Assembly (NCBI RefSeq): GCF_006345805.1
Contig: NC_042998.1
Location: 183,272,001 to 183,336,000 of the forward strand
Direction: 5' to 3'
DNA: 64,000 bases
Origin: Octopus sinensis
Taxonomy: Eukaryota
Under the pieces are notes generated by a model, which was not told the origin of the DNA, did not search any database, and saw nothing but the letters and a program-made list of their open reading frames with translations. Every line of letters begins with the position of its first letter. Within the stretch, counting starts at the first letter, position 1. This document shows, one piece after another, positions 26,160-37,222 of the stretch. The position numbers and the translations under genes are program-made.

Positions 26160-26430
26160 CTCTTGCAGGCCAATCCTCTTCACCAGGGGATGCAGCCTTA
26201 ACACTTCTGCTGTTAAGTACAGGCCTTCTTGAGTACGATAAGACACCAGGTATCTCAGTCCTTTGTCGTCTCATCTGAAAGGTTCAGCATTCTGAGGTGA
26301 TCCTTCAGTACTTCATCCCATGTCTTCCTGGGTCTCCCTCTTCCATGTGTTCCATCAACTTCGAGAGATCACCACTTCTTTATGAAGCTGTTGCCATCCA
26401 CCCACATCACATAACCAGATGCATTTTATG
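26160..26430 (-). mobile_element. RTE-clade LINE 3' remnant
   Basis: Minus-strand reading EVDGTHGRGRPRKTWDEVLK, the typical RTE C-terminal motif. Confidence 0.8.
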
Positions 26431-26694
26431 CTTTGCATGAAAACTGCTGAGGTATAGACAGTGATAGTTGACATTTATTTGTCAATAAATCCTTCAGCAG
26501 CTCTGCACTTTTAAAGACAAGTAGAATGAAAAACCTTAATTGAAAACAGGTAAGTGTTTGTGACAAAGAGCACATTCAGCTATAAAAACAAAGCTTCGAT
26601 AAATTGTAATAAGCAGGGAACAACAAAAGAAGATAACCAATGACAGAGTATGTTAAATTATTTAAAATATTATGTATTATAAAGAAAAGGATAC

Positions 26695-26745
26695 AACTTT
26701 AGCTACAATGATATCACCAGGGCGGAAACATTGATACATTTCAAC
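26695..26745 (-). CDS. EXOSC1: EXOSC1 exon 6 (VEMYQCFRPGDIIVAKV)
   Basis: S1-domain FRPGDI motif; acceptor ttcctttctag; phase 0 to 0. Confidence 0.97.
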
Positions 26746-27212
26746 CTAGAAAGGAATATAAATGTTAGAAATGGAACATATAAAAAGTTTTTCTTCAATT
26801 TTGGAGCTTAATCAACGACCTCCCTAATGAAAATTGGATATGTCAGAATAATTCACTTGAATAAGTTTTAAAATATCAGTGGTAGTATCATGATTTTAAT
26901 TAATGATTATATGACATTCAAAACTAAACCTAAAACTTAGAGGTTACATTTTTAAGAGGCTGAAATGGGGTTCCCCTGAAAGATCTCTACTATAACTTTA
27001 ATCGACAGGGTATGTAGTTCGGAGATCAGGTAGTATCTCCAAGTCAACCCACTACTTTTCCACATTGAGAGGTTACAGTTTCAGTATTACGAATATGGTC
27101 AGAATACCGCAAGAAAGAATCACAAGACATTCTTCGAGTTGAGTTGACCAACAGAAGATCACAAGCAAGACGGTTGGATAATATCTGTAGTCTCAGTGGG
27201 TCATGCTTGAGA

Positions 27213-27657
27213 ATCATCATCATCATCATCGTTTAACGTCTGTTTTCCATGCTAGCATGGGTTGGACGATTTTGACTGAGGGCTGACGAACCAGATGGCT
27301 GCACCAGGCTCCAATCTGATCTGGCAGAGTTTCTACAGCTGGACGCCCTTTCTAATGCCAACCACTCCGAGAGTATAGTGGGTGCTTTTTACATGCCACC
27401 GGCACGGGGGCCGGTCAGGTGGTACTGGCAATGACCTTGCTCAAATCTTTTCACACATGCCACCGGCACAGGTGCCAGTAAGGCGACATTGGTAACGATC
27501 ACGCTCGAATGGTGCCCTTTTACGTGCCACCGGCACGGAAGCCAGTTGGCTGCTCAGGCAACGATCACGCTCGGATGGTGCTTTTGGCACCCTACTAGCA
27601 TGGGCACAAGTGCCAGTAAGGCGACACTGGTAACGATCACACTCAAATGGTGCCCTG
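27213..27657 (-). mobile_element. SINE family A with about 4 internal units
   Basis: (CAT)n, core, tandem units of about 64 bp. Confidence 0.9.
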
Positions 27658-27889
27658 GAAATTTAATGACAGTAATTTCTGAGAGGATTCTATGGAGGAG
27701 GTACCTGAAGATGATCCTCCTAACAATAGTGAGCAGTGAAAATAGATGGACAGATAGATCTTTAAATAATCATGTTTTATAAAAATATATTCAATAACCA
27801 GATATAAACTCAAAACAGAAAGTTGATTTACTAAAAACACAATTTAAACCATCACAAAAAAAGAAACAAAGAGAAATTCAGTCACTTAC

Positions 27890-27923
27890 TTTGTCTTTCT
27901 CAGTAGCTTTCACATCTTCTTTC
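27890..27923 (-). CDS. EXOSC1: EXOSC1 exon 5 (RKEDVKATEKDK)
   Basis: Conserved RKEDVRATEKDK-like motif; ttttgacag| acceptor and |gtaagt donor; phase 2 to 0. Confidence 0.97.
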
Positions 27924-28496
27924 CTGTCAAAATTAGACAAAAAACTAATGAAATATCAAATAGAAACATCCCAGGTATGAATCATTTTAAGCTATTCAAT
28001 ACTTAAGAACCAATAACAATAATGCTCTAACAGTACCAGTAGAAATTCCATAATTATTTTGAAAATTGTATGATGAAATTGTATTTTTCTGAAACATTTG
28101 ATTCTTGACAATGTGTGAAAATTCACACAGGCAGTATTGAAAGGGGCAATTAATCAATCTACCTACCTACCTATCTATCTATCTATGTATCATATTCTAC
28201 TTATAATTCTGTCAATGTATGTATCTGTTTATTCTAACAATACAAACATTTAAAACCAAATAACTAAAAAAAAAAAACCTAAATAATTGCAGTGCTCCAG
28301 ATTTGCCTCAGCCTTTGGGCTGCTACACATGAAAAGGTATAAGTAACATCCACAGTTACTTGCTAAGGTTATTTCACTTTGATTTAACTATGTATCAATA
28401 TATCTAGCCATTCATCTTTCTGTCTCCTATCTGTCAATGAATATATCTATCCACAATATTCTTCTCTAACCTCTCAGCACTAACACACACACACTT

Positions 28497-28527
<31 letters not shown>

Positions 28528-28529
28528 CT

Positions 28530-28850
28530 TCCTTGAACTAACCATTTGACAGCATCATGAGGTTGTGAGTTCAATTCTCGGATTGGGCTGTGTGTTGTGT
28601 TCTTGAGCAAGACACTTTATTTCACACTGCCTCAGTTCACTCAGCTGTAGAAATGAGTTACGGCGTCATTGGTGCCAAGCTGTATCCGCCTTTGCCTTTC
28701 CCTTGGGTAACATCAGTGGCGTGGGGAGGGGAGGCTGATATACATGGGCAAGTGCTGGCCTTCCACAAACAACTTTGCCCGGACTTGTGCCTCGGTGGGT
28801 AACTTTGTAGGTGCAATGCCATGGTCATTCATGACCGAAGGGTGTCTTCT
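28530..28850 (+). mobile_element. SINE family D
   Basis: tRNA-like gagttcaattc head, cttgagcaagacac central block; second copy at 18925. Confidence 0.8.
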
Positions 28851-29507
28851 CTCTCTCTCTCTCTAGTGTAATGGACTGTATCTTTTTTTTTTATTGTAGG
28901 TTTTGTCAATCAAGGCTAAGCAGTTAAGTATCTTGTATGTCATACTATAAAAATATTTAAATATTAAGGGTAGGAATCCTGTTTTCTACATAACAGAAAC
29001 TGGACAATATTTTCATGACAAGTAAATTCATACCTAATTAAGAGATATTTACTTAAGAACAAGTTATGTTAGGTTACCAATGTTCTATCATAAATTTCTA
29101 GGAATTAAGACTGTCATACACAAACTGAATCCATCTTCCTAACTTCGCTGCAATTGTTACTTAAATATACAAACATAAACTTGATGCAACATTCTCAGGG
29201 TGCTACATAAGACTTAACACATACATCTAGCACTTCCTGATGAATGTGCAAATAATGCAGGATATATTCTTTCTACTGATTTGATCAGATTGCAAGTTGC
29301 TTCCAAGTATTTGTCTATATACCTTCATGTCATATGTCATGCCAAATGTCTCCTCTGAGTTGTCAGATCGTATCCAACCCAAGCAGCATGGAGGATGGAT
29401 GTTAAATGATTAAACAAATATGAACTGGTGCTATTTAAGGTATTAAATCAAGTGAAATAAATAAAAAAAAAAAAGAAATATATTTTCTTTCAGAATCATC
29501 AACTTAC

Positions 29508-29596
29508 CTTATCATTCCTCTAAATGATTCACGTAATCTAATTTTTCCAACATTCATTATAGAACACTTACAAAATCGAGGGTTCACATTAGTTAT
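29508..29596 (-). CDS. EXOSC1: EXOSC1 exon 4 (ITNVNPRFCKCSIMNVGKIRLRESFRGMI)
   Basis: S1 domain; aattttag| and AG|gtaagt; phase 0 to 2. Confidence 0.97.
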
Positions 29597-29637
29597 CTAA
29601 AATTAAAAAAAAAAAATAATCATATATACGGTTATAT

Positions 29638-29868
29638 ATTTCTTTACTGCCCACAAGGGGCTAAACATAGAGGGGACAAACAAGGACAGACAAAGGGATT
29701 AAGTCAATTACACTGACCCCAGTGCAAAACTGCCACCTTATTTATCGACCCCGAAAGGATGAAAAGCAAAGTCGACCTCAGCAGAATTTGAACTCAGAAC
29801 GTAATGACAGACGAAATACCGCAAAGCATTTCGCCCGGCACACTAACGTTTCTGCCAGCTTGCTGCCT
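29638..29868 (-). mobile_element. SINE family C, full length
   Basis: Reverse complement of 25517-25747. Confidence 0.9.
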
Positions 29869-30264
29869 TAATCATATAATCATATCTATGCTTATAGAAA
29901 TAAATATGTGTCCATCTACGTGTACAAAAGAAAGAAAAAGATATTCAATATTTATTAAAATTTAAAGTTTCATTGTTGCTACTTTGAAATTTTCTTTCCA
30001 AGGAACAGTTTAAACTTAGGAAGAACAACAGAAGGCAGATTTTATTTTGGATTTGCATCGTGTCTCATTTACTTTTAATTAGGAATAACAAAACAAATTT
30101 AAGATATAATGCTAGCTGCCATGTATCTCTTCTGAAGCAAGATACCTGCCCTTGCCTCTTCTTTCATAACCCCTGTTGGATCCCCTCAAACTATCTAACC
30201 CATACTAGCATGGAAGAACATTAAATGATGATGGTGATAATAGAATGTTTAAGGACAGTTTTAC

Positions 30265-30336
30265 CTTTGCTGTAACTAGTGCATCAACTGATGGCACAAT
30301 ATTTTCTGTTTTAGTTGTGCATACTTCCACCAATGT
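30265..30336 (-). CDS. EXOSC1: EXOSC1 exon 3 (TLVEVCTTKTENIVPSVDALVTAK)
   Basis: tttttattgtag| and AAG|gtaaaa; phase 0 to 0; PxVxAxVTxK motif. Confidence 0.95.
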
Positions 30337-31166
30337 CTACAATAAAAATTTTTTGGAAAATCAGCATTTTAAAAAATAATATATTGTGTATATTCAAAGT
30401 TTACATCTGAAAGCTTTGTCTTTGTATAAAATGTTAAGGAGTATTAACCACAATAAGATATGACAGCTATAAACACCAAATAATGTGAACTAGCTTGAAA
30501 ATTTGATTCTTCTTCATAGATTTGGTATGCAAGAAGGCTTACTACTATTCTAAAGTACATGTATACATGACCCCCACACACACACACTGCTATATAGTTA
30601 AGTAATTAACTATCTACCTAATTTAGATCAGCATAAAGCTTACTGCTGAACTGAAAAGTAATATATTTTTGTCTTAATTTGATTGAAAATTAAATGAAGG
30701 AGATAAAGCTTCTGAAGGTTTCTGACAAAACAAAAACAGGTATCTAAGAACATTTGTATTAAATGCACTGATAATCTGGTAGCAATGTCCAGCTATCACT
30801 GTATTAGCTTTTAAGATTTCAAACTGGACATAACTTGATGTAATCAATTTTAGGAAAGTACAGCATGAAAATTATGAATTGACTACAAAGATCTTGATGT
30901 AACTAAAACAGATATTATGTATACCAATTTGAGACAAACATGCTTCTTAATATGAAAATAGAACCTACAAATACTGTAATACAATTAGTAACGCAATTAT
31001 CCTACAAGTAATAGAGACTTGGTTGGAGTCACACCCATGAGCTGACAGCTCTTTTCTATTCTATATTGTGCCTACCAGGCACAAATAAAACACAGCAGAT
31101 AAATACTTAATAATGAAACATGGTGTTTGGTAGAAAAGATTTGAAGACACACATATATATATATAT

Positions 31167-31218
<52 letters not shown>

Positions 31219-31219
<1 letters not shown>

Positions 31220-31556
31220 TATATGTTATTTAGGGATAGTAGTCCCCATCATCACACCAAATAAAAGAATTTTAATTTAATACTTACTACTCATTTCTCT
31301 GCTACATGTGTTTCTTGAGGTTCTTTTACGGTTCCTTAAAATATAGTATTTGGTATCGAACTATGATAAAGTTATTTTAGAGGCCTGATTATTGGGGTTA
31401 CATTTTAAGAAAGGTTCCTGTAAAATACTGCGTGCTTAAGGAACCGTAAAAGAACCCCAAGAAATACGTGTAGCAGAGAAATGAGTAGTAAGTAAAAAAT
31501 TAAAATTCTTTTATATGGTGTGATGATGGGGACTACTATCTCTAAATAACATATAT
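31219..31556. mobile_element. MITE with about 120-bp TIRs in a TA-rich context (Tc1/mariner-like)
   Basis: 31219-31339 matches the reverse complement of 31436-31556 at roughly 90% identity. Confidence 0.9.
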
Positions 31557-31814
31557 TTCCTCATTGAGAATAATTTGAACCCCTGTGATGCCGGAATTTT
31601 TATTATTAATAAAATATATATACATACATATATATATATACACACACATGTATTAAAGCTTCATCCTGTTGCTACAAGTATTTTATTGTTAGCTGTAAAA
31701 CATTTGTTGCAATATTTTCTGCATCCTTCAACATACAAGGCAATACAACACTTATGAAAAACACAGAACTGGCAATAGAAAAAGAAAATGATTAATCACT
31801 AAAGTATAACTTAC

Positions 31815-31933
31815 TTTATCTTCAGTGGTTTCTGTATGAAGGAAACCTGCTAGGCTTGAATAAATATAACCATTTCGGATGTAGGTCCCATTTCCACTAC
31901 ATTTATCATCAGTGAGCTGACAAAGCTTTTGCC
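31815..31933 (-). CDS. EXOSC1: EXOSC1 exon 2 (GQKLCQLTDDKCSGNGTYIRNGYIYSSLAGFLHTETTEDK)
   Basis: CSL4 N-terminal GxGTYxRxGYIxSSLAG motif; phase 1 to 0; |gtaagt donor. Confidence 0.97.
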
Positions 31934-32067
31934 CTAAAAATCAATAAACATCTGGATCTTTACATATTTCAAATACACAAGAAAATTTTAATACCACAAG
32001 AAAGAGTTTTGTTTACTTAGTACAATAGTATATTTGCTATAATAAAAGAGAGAGAGAGAAAGATTAA

Positions 32068-32288
32068 CCCTTTAGCATTTAAACCGGCCATATCTGGCCA
32101 AAATATTCTCCCTTGTTTTATGTTCAAATTGGCCGGATCTGGCCTCTCACACCAGCCCTACAATATCGTTTTAAAAATTAACAGCTACCTCATCAAAATC
32201 TCATAGCTACAAGATAATGCATGATTAATTTAAAATAATGTGAATAAATAAGCATTACTTTTGACAGAATAATGTGAATACTAAAGGG
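32068..32288. mobile_element. piggyBac-like MITE (TTAA TSD)
   Basis: TTAA|CCCTTTAGCATT...AATACTAAAGGG|TTAA; a partial copy lies at about 39165-39350. Confidence 0.88.
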
Positions 32289-33366
32289 TTAAGCTAGATT
32301 TTTAAAGAAAGGAATTATTACTTCTTGGCAACAAATCATTTCTCATTCCATGCAAAAGACAGACTATTAGCAAGTGTACGAATAACAATCATAATCATCA
32401 TCATTTTACATCCATTTTCCATGCTGGCATGGGTTGGATGACTTGACAAGAACTGGCCAGGGGCTGCTACAGTCATGTATGCTGATAGTAAAAGATCTGC
32501 ATTTGGGTACAAGAGGTTTTCTTGTTTTATTGTGATCAATGCTGCAGCCAGGTGCCATATAGTGAAAGGACCTACTTCATCGATATCTCACTGAGCCAAG
32601 AGGCACCAACGAAATTTGAACTTATTTAGGAAGTTAACATGTGATACCCATCAGTTCCAAAAGACCCATTATTGATGGAAGAGATCAATCTACTAGAAAC
32701 CTAAGATTGGACATCTCTCATTGAAGGATTCATTGCACTCGACTCAGTGGGGTATTATCTGAGTTCCCAACCACGTAATTAGCTGCATGTTCAAGATTGA
32801 GCTGACACTACTAGAGGAATGTTACCCAACACAGCTAGGCCCCAGGATAATTTATAGAACAGGTGGATTCTATTCTATCAGCCAGGAAAGGCAATCAGAA
32901 ACCATAGAAACCATGCCAAAGCAAGCATTGGAGCCCAATGCAGCTCTGTGCTTGTTAGATCCTGTTAAACCATCCATACCAGCATGGAAAACAGATGTTA
33001 TACAATGATATGAAATTTGAGTAAGGGCACAGACTTGGAAACTGAATCAGACAGTAAATAATATATTTTTTAAAAATCTGTGTTGAACCATATCTCCAGG
33101 ATACCTGGGATTTTGTTTGATGTTCTTGAACCATTGCAAGTCAATACCTGCAGGGAGGGAATTTCAGAGGACCAACTTGCTAGGAAGGACAAACTGAGAA
33201 TAATGATTAGTGCAGGGCCTTGAGAAGATCAAAACAAAAAGAGCAAACAAGCACCTGAATGGAGGTGGTAAGTGTCCAGCCAGTTGAGGCCGTTATAATA
33301 ACAGAAGAAAGGCAGAGAGAGAGAACATACACCTGTGGGCTTCAGGTTGAACCTCTTCCGGTGGTC

Positions 33367-33660
33367 GTCCCTTGTCGTAGTGGAAGAGTTTGTGTGATCC
33401 AATGATTCTGAGAGCAATACCGTCTGGAGTCTTAGACTCCTGGTAGGGCCACCCATAGTGACATGGTCGAGGATGAGGTCCCAGACTAAACACGACCAAA
33501 CACCAACATCAAGACCCCAACGGCGGAGCAAGCAGAGGAGGGCTATCTCAAGTCACCAAGGATTGACTCCAGCAGGGGGCAACGCCTGGCAGGTCGGCAT
33601 GTCAAAGGTGGATAGACTCCAGGAGCTCACTGCAACCAGCTTCATCAAGACTGCACGTCT
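33367..33660 (+). mobile_element. 5' end of an RTE-clade LINE (5'UTR plus ORF start), 3'-truncated
   Basis: GC-rich island. ccttgtcgtagtggaagagtttgtgtg...ctcctggtagggccaccc...ccagac resembles recalled 5' ends of RTE elements such as Expander/Rex3. It stops before any endonuclease motif. Confidence 0.6.
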
Positions 33661-33662
33661 CA

Positions 33663-34130
33663 ATTCTTTATAGTCGTAATGTATGTCGTTTCAAAGGTAT
33701 TTCTATAAAATTTCATTGAAAAACCCATTTTCCTAAAAGTTGAGAGAAAAACTCGGATCTTGTGAATTTTCCGAAGTCCTCTCCCCATCCTCCCGTTGCT
33801 TTGCGCGCATGTTTTTTCATATTCGTTTCCTACACATTGTTTTACACCCATTCCAGTATATTTTTGGATTTTTATTTCCGGTTCAAGATGTAAACATTAA
33901 CCCAAATTTCTTTATAATCGTAATCTATGCAGTCTGAAAGGTGTTTATATAAAATTTCATCAAAAAAAAAAAAAACCTATTTTCCTAAAAGTTAAACTCG
34001 GATCTTGAGAATTTTCCGAAGTCCTCTTCCCCACTCGCGTTGCTTTCCATGCGTTTTTGTTTTCATATTCGTTTCCTACACATTTTTGTTTTACACCCGT
34101 TGCTCTATTCTTTTTTATTTCGTTTCCAGG
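33663..34130. repeat. Tandem dimer with about 244-bp period
   Basis: tctttata.tcgtaat...ttttcctaaaagtt...actcggatcttg...ttccgaagtcctct...ttttcatattcgtttcctacaca...ttttacaccc occurs twice at roughly 75-80% identity. Confidence 0.9.
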
Positions 34131-34993
34131 TAATATCGTAAATATGAAGTATTATGCCCTTTTTTTTTATTTTTAATGTTACGTCGCCAATACAACGCTT
34201 CGTCCAGTTACTTGCCCTGAACCACAGAATTGATCATTGACCACAGAGTATTAAAATGATCACATTATCCATAAATCTTTCAATATCTACTCCTGTTTAT
34301 CACTTGCTCTTCTCTCTCTATCCTCTCCTTGCACAACAAATGTTTTGTTTACGACTCTTATTCATTTCACATTTACCTCTCTCAAAACGCGTTTTCAGAA
34401 AATTTCATAATTGGAATAAAATTACACTAAAACCGGCAAAAGTGTAAAGTCATTTGACTTCAGTCCCTTTTTCACTCCTTTTTCTAAGTTAAGAAATAAT
34501 GCTGTCTTCAAAAAGTTGTTTCGACATTGACGTTCAGATATATGAGTGCTGCAGTTACATTCAATTTAGATAACCAAGACATGCTGTACAGAACTATTCA
34601 ATTTCATGAAAAACACGTTCTATTTATACAATAAGAATAAATGAAGTTGAAATTTTGACATTAAAAAAAAGTAAATTTAACGATACAAGTACCTAAATGG
34701 TACTTCTCTGTGATACAAGTACCTAAATTTAAATTAGAGAATATCATATATTAATAAGTTATAGTAAAGATCTGAAAATATTAATAAAGAAATACAAGGT
34801 TTGGGTTTGAAACATGATGAGGGAATCTAGGCATTGCTATTTATATTTAAAATGTTTAAGAAGCATTAAAATGAAATTTAAATTGTACTTTAAATACAAG
34901 TAGTATTTTAATATAGATGGTAAAATAATATATTGTAGATACAACAAAGCTTCATATAACAGGTTTCTAATTAAAAAATAATCGGTTACTCAC

Positions 34994-35021
34994 CAGGTAA
35001 ACATATCCCTGATTTCAACAT
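34994..35021 (-). CDS. EXOSC1: EXOSC1 exon 1, coding part (MLKSGICLP-G)
   Basis: ATG at 35021, CTG|gtgagt donor. The eight exons total 588 nt = 195 aa plus stop. Confidence 0.9.
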
Positions 35022-35250
35022 GTTGTATACGAAACTATGGATTAACAAAGTTTACATATCATTATCAGAAGCCGCTTAGGAACATTCCCGCCACCTAAGA
35101 TTATTGTTTTGATTTGGAAACATTAGGTTTTGAAATTATTTTACCAAACATCCCGGTAACAAAATTGTATTAGCTAATTTCCGTTGATTTTTTTTTTTTT
35201 TAAATATCGTTAGAAAATTCTCAACTGTTTGCTTTGCTTTGGTTTAAGTA
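35022..35250 (-). promoter_or_regulatory. Putative EXOSC1 5'UTR and core promoter region
   Basis: Immediately upstream of the ATG exon; local CpG retention relative to the CpG-depleted gene body. The TSS cannot be determined from sequence alone. Confidence 0.5.
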
Positions 35251-35251
35251 A

Positions 35252-35438
35252 AGGCGATCCTTCGGTATAAGTACACACGTGACTTTGTTTACATTTCTGA
35301 AGATGTAAAGAAACAGAAACCCTTTTCTCCCACCCCTAACCCTAACCCCCTCATATATAAAAATTAAAAAAAACACTTTCTTGAAATGTATCCGGTACTT
35401 CCGATACTTACGCCTGTACTTATACCGAAGTTACGCCT
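35252..35438. mobile_element. MITE carrying (CCCTAA)n
   Basis: TIR aggcg.t.cttcggtataagtaca / tgtacttataccgaagttacgcct; same family as 55558-55766 in opposite orientation. Confidence 0.8.
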
Positions 35439-35872
35439 AATCTATCTTTTTTGTGCCACCAGCGCCGGCAAAGTAAGATGAGAAGTGGTGTTGAAGGAGG
35501 TGGCTTTGTGCCAGGTAATGAGGGTTAAATTAAGATATAGGGACAGAAACATGTGTCTTGCTGTAGAGGAAATACATGGTTGTCTCAGTTAGAGGGAGAG
35601 AGATGGTGACGATGTGCCAGGGCATACACTCGAAGTAGAAGGATGTGAATATAAATGGAATGATAGAGGATTGCTCAAGGTGCATGAGTAGAGAGTTCAT
35701 GAAAGGGCAAAAAGTGGGGGGAATTCCACTAGTCCTTTGAACAATGAACAGCTCAAAGGGTCAGACACATTTTACTGGAAGACTAAACAAATGATACCAT
35801 GTGCATGAATGGTAACTTTGTTATCTATCAATATGCAAATATCAAAACAAGAGGAAGACAAACACACACACA

Positions 35873-36224
35873 TCGATCAACATCAATGGGAATTGTAGCT
35901 GTGATACCAGTGCCGATGGCACGTAAGAGAACCATCCGAACGTGGCCGTTACCAGTGCCGCCCCAACTTGCCTCCGTGCCGGTGGCATGTAAAATGTACC
36001 ATCCGATCGTGGCTGTTTGCCAGCCTCATCTGGCACCTGTGCCGGTGGCACGTAAAAAGCACCCACTACACTCACAGAGTGGTTGGCGTTAGGAAGGGCA
36101 TCCAACCGTAGAAACACTGCCAGATCAGACTGGGCCTGGCGCAGCCTTCTAGCTTCCCAGACCCCAGTTGAACCGTCCATCCCATGCTAGCATGGAAACG
36201 GACGTTAAACGATGATGATGATGA
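35873..36224 (+). mobile_element. SINE family A with about 3 internal units
   Basis: Units, core and (GAT)n tail. Confidence 0.9.
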
Positions 36225-36440
36225 TCTTGTCAAACTATCCAACCCATGCCAACATGAACATTAAATGATGATGGTGATTTTTGTCTACCAGTTTCCTCCA
36301 TAAGGCATTGGTCATCCCACAGCTATAGTACGACAACTGTATAACAGTTCATTCCAACTGCATGTGCTACATTCAGAATGAACCCTAAGCCATGTGATTC
36401 AAAAATGAACTTTTTAACCTCCTGGCCATGCCTTCACTTA

Positions 36441-36656
36441 CCAAGTGGTGCTGAAAAGTTCCTGACTTTGGGTAAAAGATAATACAGGAAAATCAGTTAA
36501 TTATGATTTTATTAAACATATTCCCCTCTTAGATTCGCACGCTTATTGCAGGGGTCTTTCAGCTTTTCTAAGTTTAGTGAAAGAACTTGGAGGGTTGACC
36601 TTCAACCAGGCCTTTTGTGATACTGTTAAAGCTAAGAACTTTTCAGTACCCTATCA
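36441..36656. mobile_element. mariner-like MITE
   Basis: TA-flanked; ggtgctgaaaagttc(c)tg.cttt / aaagctaagaacttttcagtacc inverted ends. Confidence 0.75.
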
Positions 36657-36669
36657 TATATATGTAGTG

Positions 36670-37010
36670 CATACCTTAGGCAAAAAGTGGGTATAACAAG
36701 AGTTGGAAAGAAGCTCTTCAAAAAGTATTCTCTGACTGATGACCCAAGAATGTACACCCAGAGAGGCTGCACATGGAGATACAATGAGGTCCTCAAAATT
36801 CTCTATAGTACCACTTAGAAGCATATGGAAATGATCAATGCTGGCAAGAAACAACAGAAAAATGGCAATAAACAGTTTATTACATTTGCCCATCAAGCTG
36901 GTTACCCAAAACAGAATGGAAAAAACTGTGAATGATGAGAACAGCATTGGATAAAAGATTTTTTTGCTTATCAACAAATAGTCACACACAGATATGCTGT
37001 CAGAAAATTC
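36670..37010 (+). mobile_element. Degenerate RLE-type non-LTR retrotransposon fragment (HERO/NeSL/R4-like)
   Basis: Reading KYSLTDDPRMYTQRGCTWRYNEVLKIL resembles the L..GRYTWRHNxVL zinc-knuckle motif of RLE-domain elements; in-frame stops present. Confidence 0.55.
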
Positions 37011-37024
37011 TAAATCATAACATT

Positions 37025-37222
37025 TACGTGCTGGTGGTACGTAAAAGCACCCACTACACTCTCGGAGTGGTTGGCATTAGGAAGGGCATCTAGCTGTAGA
37101 AACTCTGCCAGATCAAGACTGAAGCCTGGTGCAGCCATCTGGTTCGCCAGCCCTCAGTCAAAATTGTCCAACCCATGCTAGCATGGAAAGCGGACGTTAA
37201 ACGATGATGATGATGATGATGA
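37025..37222 (+). mobile_element. SINE family A
   Basis: Core and (GAT)n tail. Confidence 0.9.

Larger units (their letters stand above)
25199..26694 (-). other. EXOSC1: U12-type (minor spliceosome) intron 6 of EXOSC1 with apparent GT-AT termini
   Basis: 5' splice site GTATCCTTT (26694-26686); branch site TCCTTGAC (25214-25207) with the branch A at -10; frame conservation forces the 3' end ...TTGATTAT|CTC. Confidence 0.85.

Noticed and set aside
28725-28830. HDV-like ribozyme in SINE-D (P1 GGGCAAG/TTTGCCC followed by GG, then CAAT)
   Set aside because: P2 and P3 cannot both be formed in the required order; kept only as a generic structured domain.
36030-36100. Twister-like ribozyme in the SINE-A core (GCCGGT...GC...GAGTGGTTGG)
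   Set aside because: It lacks the UAA-P2-GC module and the compact CCC-AA-GC loop; the similarity is superficial.
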